Positions 25,633 through 35,415 of a stretch of DNA of 49,132 nucleotides are shown piece after piece (the stretch's first letter is position 1; the number at the start of each line of letters is the position of its first letter). The stretch covers positions 1-49,132 of the forward strand of contig JACOWB010000011.1 in the NCBI GenBank assembly GCA_016177025.1, written 5' to 3'. The stretch is from Candidatus Aenigmatarchaeota archaeon. Its GTDB lineage: Archaea; Aenigmatarchaeota; Aenigmatarchaeia; CG10238-14; SCSR01. The notes under the pieces were generated by a model. That model was given only the letters and a program-made list of their open reading frames with translations. It ran no database searches and had not been told where the DNA came from. Made by a program: the position numbers and the translations under genes.

Positions 25633-25746
25633 GTTCTAGCTTAGCCGGGTAATAGCCTAAATTGGATTGAGTTTCTTTTATTTTTTGGCTTTTTTGATTA
25701 GCGTGAGCTATAAACATTAATAAATCTAACCTTTCTTTAATGTTGT

Positions 25747-26577
25747 ATGGAAGACTGGAAATCGTATCTTGACAACACTGAAATAATTGTCCATGCCGGC
25801 GGTCTGAGCGAGAGATGGTATCCCGTGACACAGGGAAAAATACCGAAAGTTCTCACGGAAATCGGCAGCAATCCAAGGCCTATGATAGACTGGACGATAC
25901 TCCCTTATGTGAAAGCTGGCATCAAAAAGTTTTTCATAACTCTGTGGCATCAATCCGATCAGATTATCCAACATTGTAATGAGATTAGTAAAAAGACTGG
26001 AATAGAATTCGTTTTCCTTAAAGAGGAGCCTGTAAGAATGGGACGTGCAGGCGTGCTCAAGTATTACTTGGAGAAAGGCGTGCTCGATGTCAGCAAACAC
26101 AAGATAAATGTCGGCGGATCGGACATAGTCAATCTGAATCTGGAGAACTTTGCAAAATTCCACATGGAAGGATTAAGGCAAGGATTTTTTGTGACTCTTG
26201 TCGGCAGTTCGTCAGGTCTTTCACAGTTCGACAGGATAGTTTTTGATTCCTCGACCAATCGCGTAGTCAGAATGGACATAGAGCGCACCATGAATCTTTC
26301 CGAGGGCGAACACGCGAATACAGGGACAGCATACTTTGACGCGAAAGCCAATCCGACATTATTGCAAATAAAGGAGAGTCAGTTGCCAATAGACTGGGAA
26401 AACCTTGAAGAAATTTTTACGAATGCAAGATGTTTCAGAGGTGCAAGGCTATTCGACAGCTGGATACCATTGAAGACACCGTATGATTACAAGAAGGCGA
26501 AGAATTTGGATTTTGAAAAGTGGTTTGGTGTAAATTCTGAAGAGCATCTCGGCGAATACGGATCTAATTCTCTATAA
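25747..26577 (+). CDS. Sugar-phosphate nucleotidyltransferase family protein
   Basis: IIVHAGGLSERWYPVT...IPKVL, EEPVRMGRAG, NTGTAYF. Confidence 0.85.
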   Translation: MEDWKSYLDNTEIIVHAGGLSERWYPVTQGKIPKVLTEIGSNPRPMIDWTILPYVKAGIKKFFITLWHQSDQIIQHCNEISKKTGIEFVFLKEEPVRMGRAGVLKYYLEKGVLDVSKHKINVGGSDIVNLNLENFAKFHMEGLRQGFFVTLVGSSSGLSQFDRIVFDSSTNRVVRMDIERTMNLSEGEHANTGTAYFDAKANPTLLQIKESQLPIDWENLEEIFTNARCFRGARLFDSWIPLKTPYDYKKAKNLDFEKWFGVNSEEHLGEYGSNSL

Positions 26578-26610
26578 GTTTTAAAATCCACAAACTAGTA
26601 TTATTCTCAC

Positions 26611-26696
26611 GCAGGGGTCGCATAGTCTGGTCAATTGCACGAGGCCTAGGACCTCGCGGGTTAGTCCCTACGGGAGTTCAAATCTCTCCCCCTGCA
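26611..26696 (+). tRNA. tRNA-Leu(TAG), intronless
   Basis: Acceptor GCAGGGG/CCCCTGC; CGAGG-CCTAGGA-CCTCG; variable arm GGG-TTAGT-CCC. Confidence 0.93.
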
Positions 26697-28490
26697 TCAC
26701 CGCTTTGCAATTCTGTTAACCAAATTCAAAACCTTCTGCATATAATTCTCGGGTGCTTTCGTCGGTTCTGGTGTCGTCTTCAACTTGTTTAATATAGTGC
26801 TAGTATCAGTTCGCACTTTCACAATCTCGCTTTGGACTTCTTTCAATGATTTTTCATCGCCAACTCTCGAAGCCTTCGTTTCCAAAATCTTGATCTTCCT
26901 ATTAAGTATGTTCAGTCGTTGTATGATGTTCATTCTGTTCTTGTATCCCATTTTTCCCAGCTCACTTGTCGCCATCCTAATCAGTCTGTCCATTTCAACG
27001 AACGCCTTCACAGTGCCACTCCCGATTCGAATTGCACCTTTCCCGATAATAACACCGCTCCTTCCAACTACCCGCATGCCAAATGCCAGCGGAATGTTCA
27101 AAATACCGAAAGAAAATCTTGTCACGGAATAAAAGTTTGCGAACACCTCCATGAACCTGTTTGTTCTCATGTCAGAAAGGACATCCTCGATTTCACCGGC
27201 TTCAGGCTCGTGTATGTCCTTGATGAACGAAGTGCTCCACAGCCTGAGCAGTCCCGATATGATGAAAAGGAAATGCAATCCTGAGAATGTGAAGAACATA
27301 ACCGAATATGACATGCCAGCGAAAATATTCGCAAGCAGTCCCCCTATTATCGGGCCGATTGCGAACGCGATGCCGCTTGCGGCCGTGAATGCCGAGAAGT
27401 ATACCGATTTGTTTGTCTGCGGCGCTGACCTCATCAGTATCTGTGCAGACGCGAAATCGACGCCGCTCCACGCTATGCCGGAAAGTATGTTAATCGGGAT
27501 CAGCAACAGATAATTCTCCTTGGTTATGAAAATAAAGAACAGCGGGTAGAGACTCACGATAAGCGCTGTTATCGCGACCACATTTTTCGCCCCGTACTTG
27601 TCAACGATATAACCCCATTTTCCAAGTGCGATGACGCCACTCACGACAAACAGCGTGCTCAAAGCCACAATCATCATGTAGCCAAGCTCCAGGACCTTTA
27701 TCTGGTATACGAATATGAACGGCCCGGCGACACCCAGCGCGAATCCCCAAATGACGCCGAACCTCACAAACTTTATGAAATCAGGATTTTTGAAGGGGCT
27801 CTTCACAAGATCTTTGAATTTCTCAAAAGTCACTCTCTCGCCCTCAATAGGGAATTCTCTGACGCGACTCATGAACAGAATGCTCAACATGCCAAGCAGC
27901 GTGCCTATAGAAAACAAAATCAAAAACGCGCTAAGAGGCGACATGACGATTCCCAAATAGTCGACAAAAAATCCCGCGAGCAGTCCGGCAACCACGCCTA
28001 GAAAGCTCATGTATGCTATCCTTTTGCTGAAGAATTTTCCCAAGATATTTCTGGGAACCATTGTTGTCACCCATGAAAGCCAAGCAACCCCGCTTACAGA
28101 ACTCAAGATACTGGAAAGAGCAAAAATAAATATGATCATCCACATGGAATTCTCGACAGGAAGCAGAAACAGAGGCGTTATTATTATCGCTATCCAGAGA
28201 AGTCTGCCGGCAATTGCCGCCGACAAATATATACCTTTTCTTCTTCCGCGTCTTTCGATGAAATACGATCCTATTATCTGCGCTACATTCGCAAAAAACG
28301 GAATGGATGAAAGCAGTCCTATTTGCACTGGTGTCGCGCCCAACAATAGTGCAAATCCTATAAGGAACACGCTACCGAATGTCAAAGTGAAAAATATCTG
28401 CCATGACAGACCATCCGCTATCACATTGTTAAGGTCTTTTTTCGTCAACTTATCGATGTTCTGATATCCCTTATCTTTTAGGAAATCCAT
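26697..28490 (-). CDS. MFS transporter with long cytoplasmic C-terminal extension
   Basis: About 12 hydrophobic segments, WGYIVDKYGAK motif-A-like loop; charged helical tail. Confidence 0.88.
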   Translation of the reverse strand: MDFLKDKGYQNIDKLTKKDLNNVIADGLSWQIFFTLTFGSVFLIGFALLLGATPVQIGLLSSIPFFANVAQIIGSYFIERRGRRKGIYLSAAIAGRLLWIAIIITPLFLLPVENSMWMIIFIFALSSILSSVSGVAWLSWVTTMVPRNILGKFFSKRIAYMSFLGVVAGLLAGFFVDYLGIVMSPLSAFLILFSIGTLLGMLSILFMSRVREFPIEGERVTFEKFKDLVKSPFKNPDFIKFVRFGVIWGFALGVAGPFIFVYQIKVLELGYMMIVALSTLFVVSGVIALGKWGYIVDKYGAKNVVAITALIVSLYPLFFIFITKENYLLLIPINILSGIAWSGVDFASAQILMRSAPQTNKSVYFSAFTAASGIAFAIGPIIGGLLANIFAGMSYSVMFFTFSGLHFLFIISGLLRLWSTSFIKDIHEPEAGEIEDVLSDMRTNRFMEVFANFYSVTRFSFGILNIPLAFGMRVVGRSGVIIGKGAIRIGSGTVKAFVEMDRLIRMATSELGKMGYKNRMNIIQRLNILNRKIKILETKASRVGDEKSLKEVQSEIVKVRTDTSTILNKLKTTPEPTKAPENYMQKVLNLVNRIAKR

Positions 28491-28648
28491 AATGATTTAA
28501 TTAGTCATGTGTGGATAAATTTTTATCTGGAATTTTGTTACTGCATCATTATTGTTGTGATAGTTGCACTAGAAGTTTTAATACCGAATCCGTATAAAAT
28601 CTTTGGGAGATTATTAATCACAACCTTACCAGAAAGCTCCCCATGCAT

Positions 28649-29566
28649 CTAAATCTTCAAATCCTTCAAATGCTTGTGCGAGGCGTAGAATGCATACAGG
28701 ATTATCGCTACTGTTATCAATGTCGGCACATAAATGGGCAGGTCAAAACCGAAACTTTCTACAGTCATGAAAGCTCCAAGCAATCCGATTGCAGTCATTG
28801 CGCCATTCTTCAGAAACTTGTACTTTCCGACAGTGTTAATTCCTCTGATCGTAAGTTCCCTGACAACAAGCGCGCCTATTCCCAATCCGATTGTAATCCA
28901 AAGCAGGTTTGTAGTGAACGCAAACGCACCAACCACGCCGTCAAAACTAAAAGTAGCATCCAGAACCTCAAGATAAGCAAATTTTGACATATCTGAAGTG
29001 CTTCCTTTCACCAACTTCTCTTCCTCCCTTGCAGCAGTTTCCTTAAATCCATAAACAATGAAAAATGTTGCGCTCCCGATAGCCGTAAACAGCATCATAT
29101 TCGGATTGCTGCGTGCAAAATACATCAATACTACCAGAAAAATCGCCGCAACAGCAAAAAACCAGACTTTATGGTGCTCTTTCAATAATTTTTCATGATA
29201 GAACAAGTGCAGCTTTTTTTCCATGAAGAGCCAGTGGAAATAAAGAAGAAGGAGAAATATGCCAGCAAAACTCAATATGAGTGGCTTGCTTGTTTCTATA
29301 GCTTCTGTGGCCAGCGAACTATCTCCTCCAAACATCTTAGCAATATCGGCAAGTGATATGCCAGGTGCAATTATCCAAACCAGTATGATAGGCAGTATGA
29401 ACCTTACCAAAAAAACAGATGTCAGTATGCCAACGAACAGGAATCTTCTACGCCATTTTTCTCCCATTGTCCTGAGAACATGGGCATTTATGATGGCGTT
29501 ATCAACGCTATTCACTATTTCAAACAGAACAAGACCAAAAATTATTATAAGAGCCTCCAGAAACAT
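28649..29566 (-). CDS. DUF475 / TerC-like integral membrane protein
   Basis: LFEIVNSVDNAIINA, YLEVLDATFSFDGVVGAFA, GLGIGALVVRELT. Confidence 0.88.
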   Translation of the reverse strand: MFLEALIIIFGLVLFEIVNSVDNAIINAHVLRTMGEKWRRRFLFVGILTSVFLVRFILPIILVWIIAPGISLADIAKMFGGDSSLATEAIETSKPLILSFAGIFLLLLYFHWLFMEKKLHLFYHEKLLKEHHKVWFFAVAAIFLVVLMYFARSNPNMMLFTAIGSATFFIVYGFKETAAREEEKLVKGSTSDMSKFAYLEVLDATFSFDGVVGAFAFTTNLLWITIGLGIGALVVRELTIRGINTVGKYKFLKNGAMTAIGLLGAFMTVESFGFDLPIYVPTLITVAIILYAFYASHKHLKDLKI

Positions 29567-29622
29567 TGTCCAATCAACTTTAATTCTATGTAGTTTAAGT
29601 GCTTAAAGGAATTATTTTTTGT

Positions 29623-29874
29623 ATGCCATATCAAGAAGGCCTTGTAGTTATAGGTGCAGCTGTCAGTTATATTGCTTTGCAAGGATCAGTGTGCGCTACA
29701 AGGTTTAGAGAACTCCAAAGTATTCGCAGACACCACCCTCCGGAAAGACAGCATGAAATAATTAGCGAATATCGTTCGGCTAGGCGAAGAAGACTTGATC
29801 CAGTTGTATATCTTTTAAATTTTCCCGGCAGAAATTTGGCTTACCTTATTGACAGTGCATTGCACAGGTATTAA
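29623..29874 (+). CDS. Hypothetical protein (AT-rich ORFan, N-terminal TM)
   Basis: 83 aa from ATG 29623, antisense within an otherwise minus-strand run. Confidence 0.5.
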   Translation: MPYQEGLVVIGAAVSYIALQGSVCATRFRELQSIRRHHPPERQHEIISEYRSARRRRLDPVVYLLNFPGRNLAYLIDSALHRY

Positions 29875-29934
29875 CTATTCCATCATTACCGTCGTTATAA
29901 CATCTCTATCAAGTGTCTCACTATGTCCCTTTTA

Positions 29935-30315
29935 TCAAACTCGAGTCAGATAAGTATGTACCGCAGTCTTCAGAGTGTTAAGCCCGAGCAAAGCACACTT
30001 CAATCTCAAGGGCGATAGCTCTATTCCAAGTATTTCTAGAAAATCTTCTGTCGTGAAATTTTCCACTTCAGCAATAGTTTTATTCTTGACTATACCAAGC
30101 AAGATATCAACACTGCTTTGGCTGATTGCACATCCTTCCCCTCGGAATTTTATATCTTTGACAATCCCATCCGAAAACTTGGCTTGGATTTCGACGACAT
30201 CACCGCATGACGGGTTGAAATCCCTAGCGGTAGCGTCGGCATCCGGAATATCACCAGCATTTACAGGATTCGCATAATGTTCCAAAATCGTTTCACGATA
30301 AATTTCCGAATTCAT
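29935..30315 (-). CDS. sufU: SufU/IscU-type Fe-S scaffold or sulfur acceptor
   Basis: ILEHY.NP.N.G, NPSCGD, GEGCAISQSS, LSPLRLKCALL. Confidence 0.9.
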   Translation of the reverse strand: MNSEIYRETILEHYANPVNAGDIPDADATARDFNPSCGDVVEIQAKFSDGIVKDIKFRGEGCAISQSSVDILLGIVKNKTIAEVENFTTEDFLEILGIELSPLRLKCALLGLNTLKTAVHTYLTRV

Positions 30316-31538
30316 ACCTTGAACACCTGGTTGACTTTTTCCAATCCTTCGGCAAGCGTGTCAATCTCTTCTTTTGTGTTGTACAGATAGAAGCTCGCCC
30401 GTGCAATTGATTGCATGCCAAGTCTCCTCATCAAAGGTTGGCAACACATGTGGCCCGACCTGATCGCAACAGCAAATTCATCCAGGATATATGCAACGTC
30501 ATGTGAATGCGTCCCCACCATATTGAATGATATGACACCATTTTTCAGCGTTCCATTAAAAACAGGTTTGAATCCTTTGATTTCATTCAATTTCTCCATG
30601 GCGTATACGCTTAATTCCTCCTCATGCTTCTGTATTTCACTCAGACCGACTTTGCTTAGATAATCAATCGCCGCAGATAATCCGACAGCACCTTCAACAT
30701 TCGGAGTGCCGGCCTCAAACTTCCAGGGCAGATCATTCCATACAGTTTCTGTAAGTTGAACTTCCTTAATCATATCACTCCCGCGCATGAAGGGTTCCAT
30801 TTTTTCCAGTATATCAGATTTACCATACAACACACCGATATTCATCGGGCCCAGCATTTTGTGACCGGAAAATGCAAGAAAATCGCAATCCAGATCCTTC
30901 ACATCAACTGGCATGTTTGGCACAGCTTGGGCGCCGTCTACAATAAAAATGCTTTCATTATCGTGCGCAATCCTGCCAATTTCCTTCACATTATTAACCG
31001 TGCCTAACACATTCGACTTGTGAGTCACTGAAACTATTTTTGTATTTTTTGTAATCATTTCATTCAGCTGGTTCAAATTCAAAGTTCCATCGTCATTTAT
31101 ATCCACAAACTTCAACTTCACCCCCCTTTTCTGCAACATCTGCCACGGCACAATATTTGCGTGATGCTCCATTATCGTCAGCAGGATTTCATCACCTTCC
31201 TTCAGATTTTCCATCGCGTAAGAATATGCAAGTATGTTCATCGCCTCGTTCGTGTTCCTGACGAAAATTATTTCCTTGTCGCTCTTTGCATTGATGAATT
31301 TCGCAACTTTCTCACGTGCTTTCTCATAAATCTGTGTCGCCTCGTCGCATAATGTGTATATCGAACGATGCGGATTGGCATTATGCTGTTCGTAATAATC
31401 TTTTATAGCGTCTATTACTTGCTGAGGTTTTTGCGATGTTGATGCAGAATCCAAGAATGCGAGTGGCCGATTGTTTATTTTTCTTTTGAATATAGGAAAG
31501 TCTTCCCTAAATTTTTCTGCATTCAATGACATGTTCAA
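30312..31538 (-). CDS. sufS: Cysteine desulfurase, SufS type
   Basis: [39 protein letters not shown]. Confidence 0.96.
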   Translation of the reverse strand: MNMSLNAEKFREDFPIFKRKINNRPLAFLDSASTSQKPQQVIDAIKDYYEQHNANPHRSIYTLCDEATQIYEKAREKVAKFINAKSDKEIIFVRNTNEAMNILAYSYAMENLKEGDEILLTIMEHHANIVPWQMLQKRGVKLKFVDINDDGTLNLNQLNEMITKNTKIVSVTHKSNVLGTVNNVKEIGRIAHDNESIFIVDGAQAVPNMPVDVKDLDCDFLAFSGHKMLGPMNIGVLYGKSDILEKMEPFMRGSDMIKEVQLTETVWNDLPWKFEAGTPNVEGAVGLSAAIDYLSKVGLSEIQKHEEELSVYAMEKLNEIKGFKPVFNGTLKNGVISFNMVGTHSHDVAYILDEFAVAIRSGHMCCQPLMRRLGMQSIARASFYLYNTKEEIDTLAEGLEKVNQVFKV

Positions 31539-32935
31539 CCAACAGCACCAGTCATTTCCAGTTGTATCAAACGATTGAACTCAACAGCATACTCCAAAGG
31601 AAGCTCCTTCACAAAGGTCTCAAAGAATCCATTGATAATCATCGCTATAGCTTCGTCTTCTGTCAACCCGCGAGACATTAAGTAAAACAACTGTTCTTCC
31701 CCCACCTTGCCGACAGTTGCTTCGTGCCCGACATTGACTCTATTATCGTCTATATCCAACTGTGGTATCGTTTCAGAATTTGATTTTTCATCTAGAATCA
31801 GTGCATCACATTTTGTGTGCGACTTGGAATTTTCAGCACCTGGAAATATTTTCACGAATCCTCTGAAATTAGTCTTGCCGCCGTCCTTGCTGACAGATTT
31901 ATTTATTATAGTTGACGATGTGTCTGGTGCCAAATGAATAGCCTTCGCGCCTGCATCAAGAGTTTGTCCTTTACCTGCAAATGCGATTGACAATATTTCC
32001 CCTCTTGCCCCCCTTCCCGCCAGAAATATCGAAGGATATTTCATTGTGACCTTAGACCCCAAATTTGCATCCAGCCATTCAACAAAGGCATTCTCATATG
32101 CGCGTGCACGTTTAGTGACAAGATTGTAAACGTTTGTTGACCAGTTCTGCAATGTGGTATATCTGACGTGAGATCCGGGCAGGGCAATGATTTCAACCAC
32201 TGCTGCATGCAAAGCATCTGCTTGATAGGTAGCTGCAGTGCACCCTTCGATATAATGAACTTTGCTATTAGGTCCCGCAATTATCAATGTTCTCTCGAAC
32301 TGCCCCATATTTTCTGAATTAATTCTGAAATAAGCTTGCAATGGAATTTTAACTTCCACATTTTCTGGGATATAAACAAACGATCCACCCGACCACACAC
32401 AGCTATTCAGAGCAGCAAACTTGTTATCATTCGGTGGAATAATCGTACCAAAATATTCCTTAACAATTTCAGGATATTCTCTCACTCCTGTATCCATGTC
32501 AGCAAATATCACACCCTGCTTTTCTAGATCTTCTTTCAGTTTATGATACACTACTTCTGAATCATATTGTGATCCAACCCCCGCCAAGAACTTCCTTTCA
32601 GCTTCTGGTATCCCCAATTTCTCAAATGTCCTTCTTATTCCGTCAGGTAATTCTTCCCATGATTTGGCTTGCCGCTCAGTTGGTTTTATGTAATAAACAA
32701 TATCATCGAAGTTCAATCCTGATAAGTCAGCACCCCATGTGGGTACAGGCCTCTTTTCAAAAAATTCCAAAGCTTTCAATCTGAAATCCAGCATCCATTT
32801 TGGCTCTTTCTTAATCTTCGATATCTCCTCTACAATCTCCTTAGATAATCCTTTCTTTGTTTTGTAAACAGATTCATCAGGTTCTCTGAATCCATATTGG
32901 GAATAATTTTTTTCTATTACTATCTGACTAACCAT
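31535..32935 (-). CDS. sufB: Fe-S cluster assembly protein SufB
   Basis: [46 protein letters not shown]. Confidence 0.96.
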   Translation of the reverse strand: MVSQIVIEKNYSQYGFREPDESVYKTKKGLSKEIVEEISKIKKEPKWMLDFRLKALEFFEKRPVPTWGADLSGLNFDDIVYYIKPTERQAKSWEELPDGIRRTFEKLGIPEAERKFLAGVGSQYDSEVVYHKLKEDLEKQGVIFADMDTGVREYPEIVKEYFGTIIPPNDNKFAALNSCVWSGGSFVYIPENVEVKIPLQAYFRINSENMGQFERTLIIAGPNSKVHYIEGCTAATYQADALHAAVVEIIALPGSHVRYTTLQNWSTNVYNLVTKRARAYENAFVEWLDANLGSKVTMKYPSIFLAGRGARGEILSIAFAGKGQTLDAGAKAIHLAPDTSSTIINKSVSKDGGKTNFRGFVKIFPGAENSKSHTKCDALILDEKSNSETIPQLDIDDNRVNVGHEATVGKVGEEQLFYLMSRGLTEDEAIAMIINGFFETFVKELPLEYAVEFNRLIQLEMTGAVG

Positions 32936-33665
32936 TTGCTATCGCCTCATAACCTTTCTCTTCTATCTCCTTCGCGAGATTATAATCTCCACTCTTGACA
33001 ATTCTCCCATCAATTAGCACATGAACGAAATCTGGTTTGACATGATTCAGAATTCTTTGGTAATGTGTTATCAATAAAATCCCTGTGTTCTCTTCAACAG
33101 CTTTCTTCAGCCCATTCGCAACAATCTTCAAAGCATCCACATCCGTACCGGAATCTATTTCATCGCATATTGCAATCTTTGGCTTTAATACCGACAACTG
33201 CAAGACTTCCGCCCTCTTTTTTTCACCACCGGAAAATCCTTCGTTCAAATAACGAGTTGCAAAACTTTTATCCATCCCCAACGATTCTAACTTTTCCGAA
33301 AACATTTCGTTGAACTCAACAAAAGAAGAATTACCGTTGTTCATGCTCTTGTAGGTTTTCCACATGAAATTCTTCAAAGTCACGCCAGGAACTTCAACAG
33401 GATACTGGAATCCAAGAAACAATCCAAGCTTCGCTCTTTTATCAGGTTTCAATTGTGTTATACCCTCCCCATCAATTAGTATCTCTCCCCCTTCGATTTT
33501 GTATTTAGGGTGTCCCATCAGAGCATATGACAATGTCGACTTGCCAGATCCATTCGGTCCCATCAAGGCATGCAGTTCGCCCTGCTTAATCTTGAGATTA
33601 ACTCCGTTCAAAATTTTCTTTCCCGCCACGCTGACATGCAAATCCTTTATTTCCAATTCAGTCAT
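32928..33665 (-). CDS. sufC: Fe-S cluster assembly ATPase SufC
   Basis: [41 protein letters not shown]. Confidence 0.97.
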   Translation of the reverse strand: MTELEIKDLHVSVAGKKILNGVNLKIKQGELHALMGPNGSGKSTLSYALMGHPKYKIEGGEILIDGEGITQLKPDKRAKLGLFLGFQYPVEVPGVTLKNFMWKTYKSMNNGNSSFVEFNEMFSEKLESLGMDKSFATRYLNEGFSGGEKKRAEVLQLSVLKPKIAICDEIDSGTDVDALKIVANGLKKAVEENTGILLITHYQRILNHVKPDFVHVLIDGRIVKSGDYNLAKEIEEKGYEAIANG

Positions 33666-34030
33666 TTTTCACCCTTCAGATTATACATTTCCAAAAGACA
33701 GATGAGCGAACCAAGTTCCTTATCCTTCACTTCCTTCCTGGTCTCAGCGCATAAATCACATTCAGCTTCTCCTAATCTAAAATTGCCAGACGCTATTTCT
33801 GACGTAAGTCTCTTGATCCAGGAGTACAGCTTCTCATTGGACAAAATCTCGTTAACCTTTTTTCCCCGAACACCGTTAAAATACTGCGATACAGCGGCTT
33901 GCGTTATTCCCAGTTTCTCAGCGACTTGTTCCTGCGTATATCCGTATGTTTCGAGCAGTTCTTTTGTTATTATTGACTTTACTGCAGATGGTATCGCATT
34001 GTTGAATAATGTCTGACAGAAGATTTTCAT
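33662..34030 (-). CDS. HTH transcriptional regulator heading the SUF operon
   Basis: YGYTQEQVAEKLGITQAAVSQY; C-terminal CDLC and C residues; ATGA overlap with sufC. Confidence 0.85.
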   Translation of the reverse strand: MKIFCQTLFNNAIPSAVKSIITKELLETYGYTQEQVAEKLGITQAAVSQYFNGVRGKKVNEILSNEKLYSWIKRLTSEIASGNFRLGEAECDLCAETRKEVKDKELGSLICLLEMYNLKGEK

Positions 34031-34084
34031 ACTGTAATCTATTGAGTTCAAAGATTTATAAATATAACAAGGTTATAGGATTTT

Positions 34085-34420
34085 ATGACTGGTGAAACCC
34101 CCGATTTCAAAACTGTTATATTGCGTGCTTACGCGCGTTTAAGTTCGCATCAGGATAGAAGAAACGGAAGAGCATATATTGTTGGAGATTACGGATACGT
34201 GGAACTAGTTTGCGAAGCCGGATCAGTGAGGGTACCTCAAATAAAAGAAATTCCATATGGCGACTGGACAAGAAGAGAATTCGTGCAACATGCTATAGGT
34301 CAGGGTAACTGCCTTGGGTTTTTACCAGCTTCGCCAGCGTCAAACAACGAACTTATTAAAAATTTCAAAATGGAACAAAATGATATAGGATTTCTAGAAC
34401 CGAAAGTTAATACTCATTGA
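34085..34420 (+). CDS. Hypothetical protein (AT-rich ORFan)
   Basis: 111-aa ORF 23 bp after TTTATAAA; no motif recognised. Confidence 0.55.
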   Translation: MTGETPDFKTVILRAYARLSSHQDRRNGRAYIVGDYGYVELVCEAGSVRVPQIKEIPYGDWTRREFVQHAIGQGNCLGFLPASPASNNELIKNFKMEQNDIGFLEPKVNTH

Positions 34421-34463
34421 ATAGCGACACATCCTGTCAAACTAGGATTCAAATTAAACTATG

Positions 34464-34859
34464 TCACTGCACTATAATATTTCCAGTCATTCCGGGATTT
34501 AAATGATCATGATATCTCCAGTTGCCAGCCAAATCAAAAACCATCGGATAGCTTTCACCTTGAGCCATCCCCCTCCTAGCGTCAAAAACACCGCATCCTT
34601 TATATTCGCAATGTGTTGGGTGGACATCGCTTGCGGGCCAATGCGGCGCGTTATCCCTGTTAACAAAAACAACCTTGTCACCTACATTGATTGTTAATAG
34701 ATTTGGACTGAATCCCGTGCTAGTTATTTCTACTATCTTTTCTGCACCTGTAATAGCTGTTGGTGTCTCAGTTTCAGTCGTTTCCTTAGGGCCGTATGCA
34801 GCACATCCCGCCAAAAACACCACAAAAATTAAAGGTAATGTGAAAATAAGTCTATTCAT
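34464..34859 (-). CDS. Cupredoxin-fold lipoprotein
   Basis: FLAGC lipobox-like; F.PN.LTINVGDKVVFVN, HWPASDVHPTH, WRYHDHLNPGMTGNIIV. Confidence 0.8.
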   Translation of the reverse strand: MNRLIFTLPLIFVVFLAGCAAYGPKETTETETPTAITGAEKIVEITSTGFSPNLLTINVGDKVVFVNRDNAPHWPASDVHPTHCEYKGCGVFDARRGMAQGESYPMVFDLAGNWRYHDHLNPGMTGNIIVQ

Positions 34860-34888
34860 AGTAATCTTTTGATTCAGTTATATAAATC

Positions 34889-35383
34889 TTATGAAACCAT
34901 TATCTGCAAATTGTCTTTCACTACTCCGCTTGAAGGCCAATAAGAAGTTATGGTGCACGTGCTATCAGCTGTGAACTGAATTTCTATAGAAGCTCCAGGT
35001 TTCGTATTAGGAGTGTCCTGTCCGCATCCCCTGAAATCCAGTCCCCCGAAATAAGTGCCGACAGTTCTGACATTAAACGTTATTTTTACAAGCTCTCCAT
35101 TACTAACCGAAACCAAGGAAATATCCTTGTTGTCAATATAGAATCCACTGTCATCAGCGTCTATCGTGAATTCTCTTGCAGTTGGCAATGGAGGTACTGT
35201 AGGAGGCTCTTCTTGTGGCAATACTTCGCCTTGCAAAGTGTCTTGTGAAAGTTGTGGCGGTGTTTCTTCTGCTGGTGGTGTCGCAGTTTCTTCTGGCTGA
35301 GTTTGAACTGTCTCACCAAGTTGTGCCGCACATCCGCTAATGAAGATAATTAGGGTTATCGGCAAAATTTTCAATAATTTCAT
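34889..35383 (-). CDS. Lipoprotein with Pro/Glu/Thr linker and cupredoxin-like domain
   Basis: FISGC lipobox-like; TAREFTIDADD, GELVKITF. Confidence 0.6.
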   Translation of the reverse strand: MKLLKILPITLIIFISGCAAQLGETVQTQPEETATPPAEETPPQLSQDTLQGEVLPQEEPPTVPPLPTAREFTIDADDSGFYIDNKDISLVSVSNGELVKITFNVRTVGTYFGGLDFRGCGQDTPNTKPGASIEIQFTADSTCTITSYWPSSGVVKDNLQIMVS

Positions 35384-35415
35384 ATGATATTTATCGCAAA
35401 GTTATAAATAAACAT

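Noticed and set aside
26645-26651. C33 instead of U33 in tRNA-Leu(TAG)
   Set aside because: To my recollection the CCTAGGA loop occurs in other archaeal tRNA-Leu(UAG) genes, so it is not treated as novel.
28509-28652. GTG-initiated hydrophobic mini-ORF between the MFS and DUF475 genes
   Set aside because: No RBS or homology, and it overlaps the MFS promoter region.
29586-29926. CTATGT direct repeat around ORFan 29623
   Set aside because: A 6-bp match is expected by chance in AT-rich intergenic DNA.
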